NCBI GenBank assembly: GCA_040400605.1
Contig: JBBAPZ010000012.1
Location: forward strand, 57,364 to 100,738
Source: Candidatus Sericytochromatia bacterium
GTDB taxonomy: Bacteria > Cyanobacteriota > Sericytochromatia > S15B-MN24 > JAQBPE01
Length of the DNA stretch: 43,375 bases
Direction of reading: 5' to 3'
Below the pieces are notes generated by a model. That model ran no database searches and was not told where the DNA came from. It saw nothing but the letters and a program-made list of their open reading frames with translations. Positions 9,185 through 18,316 of this stretch are shown here, in pieces; positions within the stretch are counted from its first letter, which is position 1, and each line of letters starts with the position of its first letter. A program made the translations under genes and the position numbers.

Positions 9185-10744
9185 TCACGGGAGCCGGTTG
9201 GGTTCGGGGCCCTCCTCATCCGCAGAGGGTGGCACAAATGGCTGTCTGTGTGATGCCGGACGTTTGACGAATTCCCGGGACGCGCTGCGCGCCCGCCCGC
9301 TCTGGGCCCAATCCCGCAAGGCGTCGATCGCCTCTTGCGCCGTACGGGACAACGGGTAGGTCGAACGAAGTGCCACCACGATGTCATCCGTACCAAACTC
9401 CCGGTTATCGGCGAAGCCCTGGTGCATGGCATCGGTAATCGCGCACGCGAGTTCAGCCCCGGAATACCCTGCTGAGACGGCCACAAGGCGATCCAGATCA
9501 AATTGTCGAAACTGGGTATCCCTCAGCCGTTTCAAATGAAGCTCAAAAATTTCCCGCCGCTCCTCGTCACTGGGTAACCCGACAAAAAAAATCTCATCGA
9601 AACGTCCCTTGCGCAACAATTCGGGCGGCAAATGCGTGATCTGATTGGCTGTCGCAACGATAAAAACCGGGCTGCGTTTTTCCTGCATCCAAGTCAGCAA
9701 GGTGGCCATCACCCGCGCCTGCGTTCCCCCGTCCAACTGTTGGGCCGTGCCAAAAGCCTTGTCCAGTTCATCCATCCACAAGACACAGGGTGCCATCGCC
9801 TCAGCGAGGCGCATCATCTGTCGCGTTCGCGCCTCGGATTCACCGACCAACGCCCCCATGAGCCGCCCGACATCCAAGCGCAACAAAGGCAAGCGCCAAG
9901 CGCGCGCGATGGCGCGTGCGCTCAGCGATTTGCCGGTCCCCTGCACCCCGATGAGCAACACGCCTTTCAGAGCAGGCAGCCCATATGCCCGCGCACGGGG
10001 ACCAAAGGCATCAGCCCTTACCGCAAGCCAACGCTTGAGATTGTCGAGGCCGCCAATGTCTTCCAGGCCTTCTTCTTCAGCGCAATACTCCAGGATTTCC
10101 GTTTGCCGGATCGCCTGTTTTTTTTCTTCGAGCATCAACGCGACATCCGCGTCATCGATTATCCCATCCGTCGCAATACCTTGAGCCAACGCCTGAACGA
10201 TGCGCTGCATGGGCAAACCCAGGGCAGCCTTGATCAGCGCCTCACGCGCGGGTTCACCCAAGCGGTTGCGTTCAGGCCCAACGAAGCGTAAAAGCTCCGC
10301 CTCGATTTCGGCCATACACGGCAGTGGAAAGTCAATCACGGTCACATCGTTGACCAGTTCTTGCGGCACTTTCAGCACCGGTGACAGGATCACAACGGTC
10401 TTGCGCAGTGCGCGCAGGGATCGGGCGAGGCTACGCAAGCGGCGCGTCACGCGAACATCGTCAATGAATCGATGGAAATCGCGCAACACAAACAACCACG
10501 CTTCCTCGTCGCTGCGGCTCAGCACCTGATCCAGGGCCTGGAAAGGATCTTCCTTCGCGATACCGGCGGCCCCAAAGCCTGCGACAAAGTCCCAGATGAC
10601 AAGATGACGCGGTGGTGACACCATGCGAGCCACGGCGTGCAGCGCCGTTTCCGCGCGTTCTTCCTCGCCGGTCACGATGTACAAGATGGAATAGCGCGAG
10701 CGGATCAGCAAGTCGACGTGCGCCTCAAACTCCCTTGCCGACAT
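9185..10744 (-). CDS. Ycf46-family AAA+ ATPase
   Basis: LLIRSRYSILYIVTGEEERA N-terminus, LRDFHRF, DIGGLDNLKRWL, Walker A GVQGTGKS, Walker B WMDELDK, PELLRKGRFDEIFFV; start placed at ATG 10744. Confidence 0.88.
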   Translation of the reverse strand: MSAREFEAHVDLLIRSRYSILYIVTGEEERAETALHAVARMVSPPRHLVIWDFVAGFGAAGIAKEDPFQALDQVLSRSDEEAWLFVLRDFHRFIDDVRVTRRLRSLARSLRALRKTVVILSPVLKVPQELVNDVTVIDFPLPCMAEIEAELLRFVGPERNRLGEPAREALIKAALGLPMQRIVQALAQGIATDGIIDDADVALMLEEKKQAIRQTEILEYCAEEEGLEDIGGLDNLKRWLAVRADAFGPRARAYGLPALKGVLLIGVQGTGKSLSARAIARAWRLPLLRLDVGRLMGALVGESEARTRQMMRLAEAMAPCVLWMDELDKAFGTAQQLDGGTQARVMATLLTWMQEKRSPVFIVATANQITHLPPELLRKGRFDEIFFVGLPSDEERREIFELHLKRLRDTQFRQFDLDRLVAVSAGYSGAELACAITDAMHQGFADNREFGTDDIVVALRSTYPLSRTAQEAIDALRDWAQSGRARSASREFVKRPASHRQPFVPPSADEEGPEPNRLP

Positions 10745-10892
10745 CACGTCGCGACCCTCCCCTGGCGGCAGCACGACCGGGCATCCATCGCAGGATATGC
10801 GCTGATGCGCCTCTTGTTGTAAGATCATATCATTCCTTGGCACACGCACGCCCTCAACGAAGAGTGGCGCATCAACGACGATGGGGGGCAAC

Positions 10893-12245
10893 GTGAAGTT
10901 TTACGCCGACATCCTGGAGGCGATCGGGCATACCCCGCTTGTTCGCCTCAACAAAGTGACAGACGGACTCTCGTGCACCGTGCTGGCCAAGTGTGAGGGG
11001 TTTAACCCAGGCGGCTCAGTCAAGGACCGCCCATCTCTGTTCATGCTTGAACAGGCGGAAAAGCATGGGCTGATCAAGCCTGGCGCTACCATTATCGAAC
11101 CGACAAGCGGCAACACAGGTGTGGGACTTGCCCAGGCTGCCGCCGTCAAGGGTTATCGTTGCATTTTTGTCATGCCAGACAAGATGAGTGAAGACAAGGT
11201 GCGTCTGCTGCAGGCTTACGGTGCCGAAGTGGTCATTACCCCAACGAATGTCGAGCCGTCGGATCCACGCTCCTATTACTCGGTGGCCGATCGCCTGACG
11301 GCTGAAATCCCGAATGCCTTTCAACCCAATCAATTCAAAAACCCTGATAATCCTGAAGCCCATTTTTTGAGTACCGGGCCTGAGATCTGGAACGATACGG
11401 ACGGCCGGATCACCCACTTCGTCGCCTCAATGGGAACAGGCGGCACCATCAGTGGCACGGCCCGCTACCTCAAATCGCGGCGCGGTGATATCACCGTGGT
11501 GGGTGCGGATCCTGAAGGTTCCATTTATTCCGGCGACACCCCGCGCCCTTATCTCGTCGAAGGCATCGGGATGGGTTGCATCCCGCAAACGATGGACTTG
11601 ACGTTGATCGACCACTTTGAACGCGTGTCGGACTTTGAAAGTTTTACGATGGCGCGCCGCTTGACCCGTGAAGAGGGTATTTTCGCGGGTGGTTCATCGG
11701 GCACGGCAGTGGTTGCGGCATTGCGGGTGGCCCGTCACCTTGGGGCACAAGACGTTGTTGTCGTCTTGCTGCCGAGTAACGGTCGCTCGTACATGACCAA
11801 GATCTACTCGGATACCTGGATGATGGACCAGCACTTGATGGACACGCCACCAGCCAGCAAACTGTCGGACCTGCTCAGGCACAAATCCATTTTACAGCCG
11901 CTGATCGCAGTTGCGCCGACTGACCCCGTCCAAAGGGCCGCCGTGCTGTTGAGGCAGTACAACATCTCACAGTTGCCCGTGATGGTCGATGATGAAATCG
12001 TAGGTTCCTTGCATGAAACCGAGGTCATGCGGCTCGTACTGGAAAAAATCGACCTGACGACAACGCGTGTCGGCGACATTATGGGCAATCCTTTTCCGCA
12101 GTTGAGTGCGGATGCCAAGGTGGCGGATGCCTGCTACACCGTGGCGGACGGCAGTGCCGTGTTGGTAGTGGCAGACCGACGTCCGATCGGCGTACTGACC
12201 AAGATTGACTTCATCCATTTCCTTGCGGAAACCCATTTAACCTGA
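10893..12245 (+). CDS. cbs: Cystathionine beta-synthase with C-terminal CBS domain pair
   Basis: PLP lysine motif NPGGSVKDR, EPTSGNTG, GTGGT, C-terminal NISQLPV...GVLTKIDFI; paired with a gamma-lyase. Confidence 0.92.
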   Translation: MKFYADILEAIGHTPLVRLNKVTDGLSCTVLAKCEGFNPGGSVKDRPSLFMLEQAEKHGLIKPGATIIEPTSGNTGVGLAQAAAVKGYRCIFVMPDKMSEDKVRLLQAYGAEVVITPTNVEPSDPRSYYSVADRLTAEIPNAFQPNQFKNPDNPEAHFLSTGPEIWNDTDGRITHFVASMGTGGTISGTARYLKSRRGDITVVGADPEGSIYSGDTPRPYLVEGIGMGCIPQTMDLTLIDHFERVSDFESFTMARRLTREEGIFAGGSSGTAVVAALRVARHLGAQDVVVVLLPSNGRSYMTKIYSDTWMMDQHLMDTPPASKLSDLLRHKSILQPLIAVAPTDPVQRAAVLLRQYNISQLPVMVDDEIVGSLHETEVMRLVLEKIDLTTTRVGDIMGNPFPQLSADAKVADACYTVADGSAVLVVADRRPIGVLTKIDFIHFLAETHLT

Positions 12246-12262
12246 TTCGGAGTGTTTGATCC

Positions 12263-13414
12263 ATGCAATTCGCAACCAGTGCCATTCACGCAGGCCAAGC
12301 CCCTGACCCGATGACAGGCGCGGTCATCAACCCAATCTACATGACCTCAACTTACCATCAAGCAAGCCCGGGCGAGCACAAGGGTTTCGATTATTCGCGC
12401 ACCAACAACCCGACGCGTCAGAGTCTGGAAACCTGTCTCGCTGCGCTGGAGGGTGCCGCCTTCGGCTTGGCCTTCGCATCAGGTGTCGCAGCCAGTTCGG
12501 CGGTGATGAACCTGCTCGGGCAAGGGGATCACGTGGTCGTTGGTGATGACGTCTATGGGGGCACCTTTCGACTGTTCGACAAGGTGTTCACCCGTTACGG
12601 CCTTTCCTATTCCTGGGTCGATGCCGCCAATCCGGCGGCGGTTCGAGCGGCGATACGACCGGAAACGAAGATGATTTGGGTGGAAACGCCCACCAACCCG
12701 TTGTTGAAACTCGTCGATATCACGGCGTTGGCGAGCATTGCCAACGATGCTGCCCTGATGTTGGCTGTCGACAATACTTTTGCGACCCCTTATCTGCAAA
12801 ATCCGCTCAGCATGGGTGCGCACCTTGTCATTCACTCCACCACAAAATACATCGGGGGCCACTCCGACGTGGTGGGTGGCGCCGTGCTCACGAACGATCG
12901 CACCTGCCACCAAAACCTCAAGTTCCATCAAAACGCCGTCGGTGCAATCCCGTCGCCCTTTGATGCCTGGCTGACGTTGCGGGGGGTAAAGACCTTGGCG
13001 TTGCGGATGCGTCAACACGAGCTGAATGCCGCACAAGTTGCCGCCTACCTATGCCAGCATCCCGCGGTCGCGGAAGTACATTACCCGGGCCTGCCGCAAC
13101 ATCCGCACCACGGATTGGCCAAGCGTCAAATGCGCGGGTATGGTGGGATGGTGACATTCACGCTGGTGGGCGGCTTTGATGCGGCCAAAATAGTTGGGCA
13201 ACGCAGCAAGCTGTTCACCTTGGCGGAAAGCCTGGGCGGTGTCGAGTCCCTGATGTGCCATCCAGTCACGATGACGCATGGGTCGATTCCCGAGTCGCAG
13301 CGCCTCGAACGCGGCATCACAGGCGGCATGCTACGCTTGTCGGTTGGCATCGAGGACATCGACGATTTGATCGCGGACCTTGATCAGGCATTTGACGGCC
13401 TTAGCGAGGCTTGA
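12263..13414 (+). CDS. Cystathionine gamma-lyase/gamma-synthase (Cys/Met metabolism PLP enzyme)
   Basis: YSRTNNPTR, ETPTNP, VDNTFATP, HSTTKYIGGHSD, LAESLGGVESL, LRLSVGIED. Position next to CBS favours gamma-lyase activity. Confidence 0.92.
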   Translation: MQFATSAIHAGQAPDPMTGAVINPIYMTSTYHQASPGEHKGFDYSRTNNPTRQSLETCLAALEGAAFGLAFASGVAASSAVMNLLGQGDHVVVGDDVYGGTFRLFDKVFTRYGLSYSWVDAANPAAVRAAIRPETKMIWVETPTNPLLKLVDITALASIANDAALMLAVDNTFATPYLQNPLSMGAHLVIHSTTKYIGGHSDVVGGAVLTNDRTCHQNLKFHQNAVGAIPSPFDAWLTLRGVKTLALRMRQHELNAAQVAAYLCQHPAVAEVHYPGLPQHPHHGLAKRQMRGYGGMVTFTLVGGFDAAKIVGQRSKLFTLAESLGGVESLMCHPVTMTHGSIPESQRLERGITGGMLRLSVGIEDIDDLIADLDQAFDGLSEA

Positions 13415-13536
13415 CGCATCGGTTAAAAGACCAGATGCCTTTACGCAGCGATAGGCCCACAGATTGAGCGTGGTGGTGCGGCCGTGAACGGAGTGATGCT
13501 TCTGCCCAAGGATGAGCCTCGTGTCAGTGCCTGCCC

Positions 13537-13824
13537 CTATACTGAGCGGCCGGGTGGATCACCCTCCTCAATTTCACGGCGATACAGGCTTTCCAAAGTG
13601 TGGCGCTGACGGTCCACCGAGGCAAGCACGACACCAGTCAATAACTGTAGCGGCATCAAGTGCTGGGACAAAAAGGCGCCGTCGGGCGTGCAAACCTCAA
13701 ACTCAAGATAATCTGTACCGACGCGCAAAACGCGGGACAGATACGGATGAGGGACGCCGACGAAACTGAGTCCGACGAGTTGCCCCTCTTCTTTGATTCG
13801 GATCAGGCGATCACGCAGATGCAC
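13537..13824 (-). CDS. Hypothetical 95-aa protein, possible Sm/SH3-like small beta fold
   Basis: ATG with GAGG upstream; protein-like composition; helix then short strands (RVLRVGTDYLEF); co-oriented with the coaD genes. Confidence 0.65.
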   Translation of the reverse strand: MHLRDRLIRIKEEGQLVGLSFVGVPHPYLSRVLRVGTDYLEFEVCTPDGAFLSQHLMPLQLLTGVVLASVDRQRHTLESLYRREIEEGDPPGRSV

Positions 13825-13909
13825 AAGAAACGCCTCATTGGAAATGTTGCGGTGACGACATCAACCTCGCGTCGCAGGTGAGTGAGCACAGCCCGCACCG
13901 CGTGTGCAT

Positions 13910-14356
13910 TTAGCGGATGCCGGACAATTCCTGGCGACCATTCTTGATGGTCTGCAACGCGCGACCAATTTTGGCCTCGAGATCAGCCAACACATTATCG
14001 GCGTATTGATCCGCACTCATTTGCTGTTCGTGCACCTGAATGTGCGTATCACGAATCAGACGATCCGCCTCGACACTCGCCTGCCGATAAATTTCCGTCT
14101 CCGAAATCATTCGCAACCGCTCGCGTTCCGCGTTTGCCCGCAAAGCCTCAGCTTCTCGCTCCGCCTCCGCAACAAACTGGTCCCGACGTGCATACAACTC
14201 CTTGGCGCTCTGCACTTCCATCGGCAAATCGCGGATCATCTGCTCGATCAGTTCCAACAACGTATCCTCATCAACGAGCAACTTACCCGTCAACGGTACG
14301 CGTTTGCAATCCTCAAAAAATCGAACAATCTGCTCCAGATGCTGTTCCACGCGCAT
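13910..14356 (-). CDS. Conserved coiled-coil protein found next to coaD (DivIVA/ATP synthase b-like)
   Basis: KRVPLTGKLLVDED...LPMEV...ADQYADNVLADLE...IKNGRQEL matches the coaD-adjacent family known from Terrabacteria. Confidence 0.8.
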   Translation of the reverse strand: MRVEQHLEQIVRFFEDCKRVPLTGKLLVDEDTLLELIEQMIRDLPMEVQSAKELYARRDQFVAEAEREAEALRANAERERLRMISETEIYRQASVEADRLIRDTHIQVHEQQMSADQYADNVLADLEAKIGRALQTIKNGRQELSGIR

Positions 14357-14363
14357 TCGTCAC

Positions 14364-14870
14364 TTACCCCTTTTCAAAACGCGGCGACGTTCCGCCACGA
14401 CATATCTCAATCAAAGCCCTCGCGACATGCTCAGGCACCATACCCGCAGGTGAACCCCCCAGCGAAGCCAACTCCTTGATCATGCTGGAACTGAGAAACA
14501 CGTGCCGGGCATCCGTCATCAGAAACACAGTCTCCAAGTCCGGGTGCAAACACCGATTTGTTAACGCCAACCGCATTTCACCATCGAAGTCGGCTACCGT
14601 GCGCAAACCCCTCAGCAACACCTGCGCCCCAAGTTCACGCGCCAAATCAACTGTCAAACCCGAAAATGCCAGAACCGATACATTGGGAAGGTGAGCCACC
14701 GCCTCCTTAACCAACGCCACCCTCTGATCGACCGAAAACAACGCCCGCTTGCTGGTATTGTTCAACACACCGACCACCACGGCATCGTACAGCAGACTGG
14801 CCCGCTGCACGATATCAAGATGACCATTGGTGATGGGGTCGAAACTTCCCGGATAGACTGCCTTCGTCAT
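14364..14870 (-). CDS. coaD: Phosphopantetheine adenylyltransferase
   Basis: YPGSFDPITNGHLDI, LRGLR, ETVFL, FLSSSMIKE. Confidence 0.98.
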   Translation of the reverse strand: MTKAVYPGSFDPITNGHLDIVQRASLLYDAVVVGVLNNTSKRALFSVDQRVALVKEAVAHLPNVSVLAFSGLTVDLARELGAQVLLRGLRTVADFDGEMRLALTNRCLHPDLETVFLMTDARHVFLSSSMIKELASLGGSPAGMVPEHVARALIEICRGGTSPRFEKG

Positions 14871-15348
14871 CAATCGCCAGCCTATTCAACCGTGAACGAA
14901 TCAGCCGCGAGCAAGCCCAACCCTCCGAAAAGACCCCCACCAAACGCGAAAGCCACGCACCATTGCACGCCCCTGTTACATTTTAAACCGCAAGCAATCA
15001 TCGCATCAAGCACCCCGGGCATCGCCCCAGTCGTTCCAAGGTGTGCCTAGATCACACGACCAGACGTTTTTGCATCATTGTAAAGTTTTGTAAAACCTTT
15101 GGGCCACTGGCTGTCGGACGACCGGGCACAGCCCTGTGGTGGCCCATTGTGAAGGCGTCACACAGTTGTCGGTGCCACTGCCGTCTGACCGGACAGACAA
15201 GGGTTAAGGGGACGGCGCATTCGGACATGGTTGCCAAGTGTGCGATTTTAGCCGATAATGCCACTGGTTCTTTGTTTGGTTTGTCGAAGGATTGCGGCGC
15301 TTTGGCAGTGGTCAGGTTGTGCGCGCAGATGTAGAAAAAGGTTGACAT

Positions 15349-15822
15349 ATGGGCCAGGAAGATTTGTCTCGTCGTCAGTTCCTGAATGTGGCCGTCAATG
15401 CGATCGGGGCTTTGATCACCGCAGTGGTGGCAGTTCCTGTTGCGGGTTATTTCATTGACCCGGTATTGCGCAACAAGAGCGGCGCTGGGAACTGGGTCAA
15501 GCTCGCGCCCCTTGGTGAACTTGGTGCGGATCCCAAAGAGTTTCAATTCAGCACCGTTCGGTCGGAAGGCTTTATGAAGCAGGAAGTCAGCGCGAAAGCT
15601 TACGCCTATGTGGACGGCGACAAGGCAAAGGCCTTTTCGAACATTTGTACCCACTTGGGGTGTCCTGCCGGGTGGGATGGTAGCAAGCAGAAATTCTTCT
15701 GCCCTTGTCATGGTGGCGTTTATGACAAGTCCGGAAAGAACGTCGCGGGTCCCCCACCGCGTCCTTTGCCGCCTTACGAAACCAAGATTGAGGACGGTTA
15801 CGTTTATATCCAGATTGTCTGA
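15349..15822 (+). CDS. Rieske 2Fe-2S protein (QcrA/PetC-like, Tat-exported)
   Basis: Tat motif SRRQFL plus a TM helix; CTHLGC and CPCHGGVY boxes; GPPPRPL. Confidence 0.93.
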   Translation: MGQEDLSRRQFLNVAVNAIGALITAVVAVPVAGYFIDPVLRNKSGAGNWVKLAPLGELGADPKEFQFSTVRSEGFMKQEVSAKAYAYVDGDKAKAFSNICTHLGCPAGWDGSKQKFFCPCHGGVYDKSGKNVAGPPPRPLPPYETKIEDGYVYIQIV

Positions 15823-15938
15823 GTATCGCGTGATTTGGCGTCCAGTCACGAGGGAGGTTCCGTTAGCGGGGCCTCTTTGTCGTATTGAAAGGTCGTGAAC
15901 CCTTGACACAAGCGGCAGGCAAGCGGCCCGGTTTTTCT

Positions 15939-17198
15939 GTGCAGAGTCCGAAAGGCACCCATGACATCTTGCCTGCTCAGGCGAGGCGTTGGCGTGGTGT
16001 CGAGCGGGTGGTCCAGGCTGTGATGCAGCGTTTTGGTTACGAGGAGATCCGAACCCCGATTTTTGAGGAGGCTGCGCTGTTCATCCGCGGGGTCGGCGAA
16101 CATACGGATGTGGTCAGCAAAGAAATCTACACCTTTGGCGGCAAAGGTGCGGATCATGTCAATTTCGCCTTACGACCCGAGTGCACGGCGGGTGTTGTCA
16201 GGGCGTACGTCCAGCATCGCTTGTACCGCGAGCCGGCGCCACAGAAGTTTTGGTACATGGGCCCGATGTTTCGCTATGAACGTCCGCAGGCTGGTCGTCA
16301 GCGTCAGTTCCATCAATTGGGCGTGGAGTGTTTCGCGTCAGACAATCCACTCAGCGATGCCGAAGCCATCCTCATGGCGGTGGATTTGTTGGCGGAACTT
16401 GGTTTAACGACTTTGACGGTGGCCTTGAACTCGGTTGGGTGCCCCAATTGCCGGCCGGCCTACCGTTTGCAGTTGGTGCGGTATCTGGAGGAGCAGCAAG
16501 CGTCGCTGTGTGCGACGTGTTTGACGCGCAAGGACACCAATCCGCTGCGCGTGCTGGATTGCAAAGCGCCGGGGTGTCAACCGATTGTTGCGTGTGCGCC
16601 GGCGTTGCACGATTTTTGGTGCGTGGGCTGTCGGGCGCATCTTGAAGCGGTGATGGATTATTTGGATTCGGTTGCGGTGGCTTATCGGCTCGATCCGCGT
16701 CTGGTGCGCGGGCTGGATTATTATACGGGTCCGGTGTTTGAGATTGCGTCTGATGCGTTGGGTGCCCAGAACACGTTGGTTGGGGGTGGTCGTTACGATC
16801 AGCTGGTTGAGCAGCTTGGTGGTCCGCCGACGCCGGCGTTCGGTTGGGGGCTTGGGATGGAGCGGTTGTTGCTGGCACTTGACGGTGCGGAGGCGGGGGA
16901 GGCGTCGCTGTTTGGTGCGGTGCTGGTAAACCCCGGTGAGTCGGAGCGACGTGGGTTTCAGTTGGTAAGCTGGTTGCGCCGTGCGGGGCGGGATGCTGAG
17001 GTGGTGACTGGCAGAAAGTGGGACAAGCTGTTCAAGCATGCGGATCGCCTGGGTGCCCGTTTCGCCTTTGTTCTTGGCGAGCATGAAGTTGAAACGTCGC
17101 GTTTTGGTATCAAAAACTTGAGTAACCGGGAGCAAAGTGACTTACCGTTCAGCCATGAAGTCGTGATGGCTTGGCTGAACGGGATAACGGATGCGTGA
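15939..17198 (+). CDS. hisS: Histidine--tRNA ligase
   Basis: PKGTHDILP, LRPECTAG, MFRYERPQAGRQRQFHQ, LVRGLDYYT, GGGRYD, GMERL. Start uncertain (15885 TTG or 15939 GTG). Confidence 0.98.
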   Translation: MQSPKGTHDILPAQARRWRGVERVVQAVMQRFGYEEIRTPIFEEAALFIRGVGEHTDVVSKEIYTFGGKGADHVNFALRPECTAGVVRAYVQHRLYREPAPQKFWYMGPMFRYERPQAGRQRQFHQLGVECFASDNPLSDAEAILMAVDLLAELGLTTLTVALNSVGCPNCRPAYRLQLVRYLEEQQASLCATCLTRKDTNPLRVLDCKAPGCQPIVACAPALHDFWCVGCRAHLEAVMDYLDSVAVAYRLDPRLVRGLDYYTGPVFEIASDALGAQNTLVGGGRYDQLVEQLGGPPTPAFGWGLGMERLLLALDGAEAGEASLFGAVLVNPGESERRGFQLVSWLRRAGRDAEVVTGRKWDKLFKHADRLGARFAFVLGEHEVETSRFGIKNLSNREQSDLPFSHEVVMAWLNGITDA

Positions 17199-17209
17199 GG
17201 AAAGCGGTC

Positions 17210-17842
17210 ATGAAAAAATTCATTGTCATCGCAGGCAACATTGGCAGCGGGAAGACAACCCTCACCCGTTATTTGTCGCGGCATCTCGGTTTCACGCCGA
17301 GTTACGAATCCGTTGATGGCAACCCCTACCTGGCGGACTTTTATCACGACATGCATCGCTGGAGTTTTCCGTTACAGATTTATTTTTTGGGCAAGCGATT
17401 TGAGAGCCATCGACAAATCGTGGAGGGGAGCGAATCGGTGATTCAGGATCGCTCGGTCTATGAGGATTGCGCCATTTTTGCCGAAAACCTGCGTCGCAAT
17501 GGGCAAATGACGCAGCGCGACTACGACAATTATTTACAGATTTACACCATTATGGGTCAGTTTTTTCGCGCGCCGGACCTCGTCGTTTATCTTAAAGCCG
17601 GGATGCCCACCTTGCAAAAGCGCATCGCGATGCGCGGCCGTGATTACGAGGCGGCGATTCCCCTTGACTACCTGGAACAACTGAATGGTCTGTATGACGA
17701 ATGGATTGATAATTGGCGGCTGTCGCCGGTGGTTACCCTGAGTGCGGATGATCTGGATTTTGTGCACAGCAGCCTGGACTGCTGCGCCATTTTCGATCTC
17801 ATCGAAGCAGCGCTTCATCCCTTGGTTTCCGTCCACGCCTGA
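17210..17842 (+). CDS. Deoxynucleoside kinase (dAK/dGK family)
   Basis: P-loop IAGNIGSGKTT, NPYLADFY, QIYFL, QDRSVYED, PDLVVYL, RGRDYE. Confidence 0.95.
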   Translation: MKKFIVIAGNIGSGKTTLTRYLSRHLGFTPSYESVDGNPYLADFYHDMHRWSFPLQIYFLGKRFESHRQIVEGSESVIQDRSVYEDCAIFAENLRRNGQMTQRDYDNYLQIYTIMGQFFRAPDLVVYLKAGMPTLQKRIAMRGRDYEAAIPLDYLEQLNGLYDEWIDNWRLSPVVTLSADDLDFVHSSLDCCAIFDLIEAALHPLVSVHA

Positions 17843-18053
17843 ACGCCCGTCCGACGCGTCGGGAAATCAACAGCTTGACGACAGGGATTTCACGGGTGTT
17901 TCAGTGGGAGGCAGGAAAAACCGTGTCGTGGCTCGCAGTGTTGCCGTGAGCAGGCGATTATCGGCTGTCGCAGGCTCTGTTTGTTGAATTGCCGACTGTC
18001 CGTTACAACGTCCGTGGCCCGCATCCCGGCAACCCGCAAGGAGGATGAAGCTG

Positions 18054-18140
18054 ATGTCGGTCGCAGCGAGACGGTTGGTCAAGTGGACAGTGATTATCCC
18101 GAGGCGTATCATCATGAATGGCGGCCAGTTGCGCAACTGA
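18054..18140 (+). CDS. Candidate 28-aa small protein MSVAARRLVKWTVIIPRRIIMNGGQLRN
   Basis: AAGGAGG RBS 9 nt upstream of ATG 18054; stop TGA ends at 18140; below the ORF-track cutoff. Confidence 0.3.
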   Translation: MSVAARRLVKWTVIIPRRIIMNGGQLRN

Positions 18141-18316
18141 ATGTGTGCGCGGGCGTTTATTTTTTGGCGGATGGCAGCGCGTTCAGGAACATCACCGTGC
18201 GACGGTACACAGGGCGCGTGACGTTCGCCATCATGGCTGCGGAGCCAATCGGGGGTTATCAGACCGAGAGGTCGTGTTGAGAGCGCGTGCGGTAGCTACG
18301 GCACGGGGAGTGACAT

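Noticed and set aside
15148-15162. TGTGA-N5-TCACA upstream of the Rieske gene as a CRP or Rex site
   Set aside because: Spacing is one base short of the CRP consensus and it does not fit Rex; single occurrence.
15052-15909. 285-aa minus-strand ORF
   Set aside because: Antisense to the Rieske gene; no protein-like features.
18140-18316. yybP-ykoY manganese riboswitch before the TerC-family gene
   Set aside because: GGGGAG here is the RBS; GGGGAGUAG and the other conserved elements are not seen.
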